DNA of 64,000 nucleotides from Basidiobolus meristosporus CBS 931.73. Taxonomy: Eukaryota; Fungi; Basidiobolomycota. This document shows positions 60,703 to 64,000 of the stretch, piece after piece. The notes under the pieces were generated by a model that saw only the letters and a program-made list of their open reading frames with translations, ran no database searches and was not told where the DNA came from. Numbering within the stretch: position 1 is the first letter of the stretch; each line of letters starts with the position of its first letter. Where the stretch lies: contig MCFE01000404.1 in the NCBI GenBank assembly GCA_002104905.1, forward strand, positions 1 through 64,000. Reading direction: 5' to 3'. A program made the position numbers and the translations under genes.

Positions 60703-61258
60703 CTAGAAGTAGGTTTTATAGAGTGTAAAAAGCACGGCGAAGAGGATAGGAAGCGCCAAGCTAGAAAGGAGGCTGGAAAAGGGTGTTCGTGAGTAGATGC
60801 TTCCATATCAATTCTAGTTTCTTATCTTACCTTGAATCGTTCTTCTCAACTGCAACCGAACTGACAGCAGGTGCAGGGGGTCTCTCCACAACTTCCTGAA
60901 AGGAGGGTTTAGTTCGTTAGCAATTCGTAATATGAGGACCATACGCTGAGAACTTACCCCTGGTGCCAATTCGCCGATATATAAACCTTCGAGAATCCGC
61001 TTTGCATCCTCGGAGTGTCCAACATCGATGAAGGCTTCGGAGGCATCTGAGCCAACTTGTTCAAGGATGACTTCCTCACCACCCGGATGCTAAACAAATC
61101 GAACAGATCAGCTAGGTAAAGCAAAAAAAACCATTACAGTAAATAAAAACCTGATCTATAAAGTTGGTCACGTTGTAAATCTTTCCTTCGATACAGAACC
61201 ATGCATCAGATTTGGTGTTATGAGCATTAACTTCTTCAGCAGAGAAGATTTTGGGCAT
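60703..61258 (-). CDS. CYB5: Cytochrome b5 with a C-terminal membrane anchor, 4 exons
   Basis: [61 protein letters not shown], with both heme His motifs (HPGG, GHS). Tail [14 protein letters not shown]. Confidence 0.92.
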
Positions 61259-61721
61259 TTTTTGAGCTGACGTGAAGAAACGAAAAATGGACGTAGGCAG
61301 TAATCTTTTGGATATCTAAATACTGTTCCGGAAAGGACTAGATTAGGGAATCGATTTCGGAGCCCTAGAAAAGGACCCATTTTGACATCTAGGCATCATG
61401 CCAATTAATTGCTCAATGTTCGCGATTCAATCTTTTGGAGAACCATGCTGTTGGAATGTTACACGGACTAGCAACTATGGAGCGATGATACTGAGTTGTA
61501 TGAGAATGATTCCGACATGGATTTATAACAATCAACAACGACGGAGATCTCGGAAGAATATCTAGGAAATCTGGCAATATACCTAGGGAGTTTAAACTTG
61601 GTTTCTGCCAAGTTTCAATCGGTTGATTTGTTTCGTTCCCATTCCTCTATTTAAAGTGGACATGGTCGAGCGTGATACACAAATCAAGTTCTCTTCTCGA
61701 TAAAATATCATCTATTCTGCC

Positions 61722-63248
61722 ATGAGATTCTCTTCATCGCGCATTCTCTTCGCCTTCTCTAGCATTGTTGCTGTTCAGGCTGCAGTGATCAGAAGGCATA
61801 ACGGTGAAGATCACGGCACTAGTGTAGTGAGTGATGAAAAATATAATCAAAACACTGATTCCGCTCTGATTTACAATCCCCATGATATACGAGGTTCCGG
61901 GTCTGGAGGCGCTGGTCCCGATGACAACCCAGTGAAGAACCAAAAGAGCAAGAAAAAGCCAAAGAAATGTCACAAGTCTAAAGTTGCTCTTGAGGATCAT
62001 AAACCATCGCCCAACTCTGCGAGTGACGCTGGGGAGAGTCACAACGATCCTCCAAAATATGACCATGATGACGACAGTGGTGTCGATGCTTACGACGATT
62101 CAAGTAATAAATACGAGGACAACTACCAACCGGAGTCTGATTACGAAGGCGACAATGCTGGTGGTGAGGGGGATGGAAATAGCAATGATTACTATCCGGA
62201 AAAGGGTTCATTTGATGAAGACATGTCAACACACAAACCAGATGAAGATGGTGGGGCAAAGCCGAATTCCGAAGATACAAAGGGAGACTACGACCACCCT
62301 GAGGAGTCCGGTGAAGAGGCACCTAGCATTGATGAGGATACACCCTCTTATGTTCCAGGGGATGATACATACGATAAAAACGTGTCAGAGGAGCCTTCCC
62401 AACAAAACATTGATTCCACATATGAAGGATCTGAAGGCCAAGGCGGTGGATATAACTATGACGCAGGAATGAATGACCATAAAAGCGGGGATGACTGCAA
62501 AAATCACGATAAAGTGAGGGAAGATCATATTGATATAGCAAGTGAGGAAAAACCATACTGTGAAGGAACTAAAGCATGTGGTCAAGAGCAATATCCTGCA
62601 AGCGACCCCTATTCACCGATGAAAGATACCACTCATGAAATGAATGCTTCTTATAGTGGCGATGGTGGCGGATCAGAGGATGCGTACCAACCAAGCAACT
62701 ATAGTGGTTCTGGTGATGGAGGCTCGCCTGATGGGTCAGATAGCGAGAGCTATAGGTGTAGCATGTCTGGTGATGGAGGCTCGCCTGATGGGTCAGATAC
62801 AGCACCTAGCGCTCAGAAAGATGCCTATTCAACTAAGGATGTGTACCAACCAAGCAACCATAGTGGTTCTGGTGATGGAGGCTCGCCTGCTGGGTCAGAC
62901 GCAGCACCTAACGCTCAGAATGATGCCTATTCAACTAAGGATGTGTACCAACCAAGCAACCATAGTGGTTCTGGTGGTGCAGGCTCGCCTACTGGGTCGG
63001 ACGCAGCACCTAACGCTCAGAATGATGCCTATTCAACTAAGGATATGTACCAACCAAGCAACTATAGTGGTTCTGGCGATGGAGGCTCTCCTGCTGGATC
63101 AGACGCAGCACCTAACGCTCAGAAAGATATCTATTCAACTAAGGGTGAGTACCAACCAAGTAACTATAGTGGTTCTGGCGATGGAGGCTCGCCTGCTGGA
63201 TCAGATTCAGCACCAATGTACCAAACAAACGACTACAGTGTCTATTAG
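61722..63248 (+). CDS. Secreted acidic Gly/Ser/Asp/Tyr-rich protein with 34-aa tandem repeats (508 aa)
   Basis: Signal peptide MRFSSSRILFAFSSIVAVQA, intronless, 102-bp repeat units, and no C-terminal hydrophobic GPI signal. Confidence 0.85.
   Translation: MRFSSSRILFAFSSIVAVQAAVIRRHNGEDHGTSVVSDEKYNQNTDSALIYNPHDIRGSGSGGAGPDDNPVKNQKSKKKPKKCHKSKVALEDHKPSPNSASDAGESHNDPPKYDHDDDSGVDAYDDSSNKYEDNYQPESDYEGDNAGGEGDGNSNDYYPEKGSFDEDMSTHKPDEDGGAKPNSEDTKGDYDHPEESGEEAPSIDEDTPSYVPGDDTYDKNVSEEPSQQNIDSTYEGSEGQGGGYNYDAGMNDHKSGDDCKNHDKVREDHIDIASEEKPYCEGTKACGQEQYPASDPYSPMKDTTHEMNASYSGDGGGSEDAYQPSNYSGSGDGGSPDGSDSESYRCSMSGDGGSPDGSDTAPSAQKDAYSTKDVYQPSNHSGSGDGGSPAGSDAAPNAQNDAYSTKDVYQPSNHSGSGGAGSPTGSDAAPNAQNDAYSTKDMYQPSNYSGSGDGGSPAGSDAAPNAQKDIYSTKGEYQPSNYSGSGDGGSPAGSDSAPMYQTNDYSVY
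62685..63215 (+). repeat. 102-bp coding tandem repeat (about 4 full and 2 partial units)
   Basis: ACCAACCAAG(C/T)AAC(C/T)ATAGTGGTTCTGG recurs at about 62845, 62947, 63049 and 63151 (spacing 102) and at about 62686. Confidence 0.9.
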
Positions 63249-63506
63249 GCATCTACTTCCACCTAGCACAATATTTATTTATTATTAGAGTAGCTGATAT
63301 CTAATATTTTGGAAAATAAACAATCTGATTGAAACCTTTAATCCTGTCTGCATCTAGTTGGAAATATCACAGGACAACAACACGAGCAAATAATCAAGAA
63401 TTGTATACCTAGGCGCATCAACAATGATCAGGATGTAAGTAGATACTAGAGCAAGTTAGCCTAGTCAGTCATGATCCGTGGAGTTCACATAGCCAGTAAT
63501 CATCAA

Positions 63507-63586
63507 TATTGTTCTGGCGATCCACGAAGCTAGCCGGTATTGTTCTGGCGATCCACGAAGCTAGTCGGTATTGTTCTGGTGATCCA
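63507..63586 (+). repeat. 31-bp tandem repeat, 2.6 copies
   Basis: TATTGTTCTGGCGATCCACGAAGCTAG(C/T)CGG at 63507 and 63538, partial copy at 63569. Confidence 0.85.
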
Positions 63587-64000
63587 TTATCAAGTGATTA
63601 ATTTTGGTAAAAGAAGGTGCCACGGAGAATATTTCCAGCGGAGATTTTCATGGCAGTAACGATATATAAATTTTGATTCATGGCAGTAATGATGTATAAA
63701 TCAGCAAAACCACCAGATTTATTTGCTTTCATATCTCTGTATCCACGATGCTGATTCTTCGCCTACTACTCATCCTCGGACTCGTGTTTTCAACCATGCA
63801 AGTTTCGGAGACCAACGGACAGAGGCCCACAAACCCCTCGAAAAATCCCATGTATCTTGAGTTTCGTTTTAAGAATGGCCAGTGCACAGATTGGGCGGAC
63901 GCCAGATACTTTCAATTAAGCGGATATCATACAGAGTGGTGGGGAGACGCGCGTGTATGGTCGTACAGAGCTGCAAGAACTAAGGGATGGGTTGTATCCA

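Noticed and set aside
25360-61258. Metal-homeostasis gene cluster (metallothionein, ZIP transporter, cytochrome b5)
   Set aside because: The genes are separated by more than 30 kb of unrelated housekeeping genes, and no shared regulatory motif was seen.
62644-63288. 214-aa alternate-frame ORF over the 102-bp repeats
   Set aside because: It stays open only because the repeat unit lacks a stop in that frame; it has no signal peptide or independent support.
63507-63586. CRISPR-like repeat
   Set aside because: The units are contiguous with no unique spacers, there are no cas genes, and the context is eukaryotic.

Overview
Intron-containing fungal genomic DNA, probably from an early-diverging, non-Dikarya lineage (inference from gene content and short GT-AG introns of about 55-70 nt). 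It has two domains. (1) About 1-20.8 kb is a visibly CpG-depleted transposon graveyard. It holds a ~2.34-kb degenerate repeat unit (two direct copies, one truncated, one inverted) and three relics of a CACTA/En-Spm (Tnp2-type) transposase. It also holds a Ty1/copia element (13999-19755, TSD GATAT, Ty5/copia-type PBS) that carries a solo LTR of its own family inside RT (TSD GCTGC) and a 734-bp foldback element inside its 3' LTR. A further solo LTR (TSD TAAAA) lies beside it. (2) About 22.7-64 kb is gene-dense. Recognisable genes: Git3/CAR-like GPCR, RPL12, a modular metallothionein, ARO7, TRA1 (one apparent +1 frameshift), SPC1, Npr/Hal kinase, UPF0658 membrane protein, RPL31, SLC35C2-like transporter, UBE2C, PA-TM-RING E3, EF-hand light chain, ZIP zinc transporter and cytochrome b5. 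Unassigned: two paralogous secreted 8-Cys proteins, a secreted acidic 34-aa-repeat protein and several orphans. I found no rRNA, tRNA or CRISPR array. Several frameshifts sit in homopolymer runs and may be assembly errors. All family assignments come from motif recognition by eye; no database searches were run.
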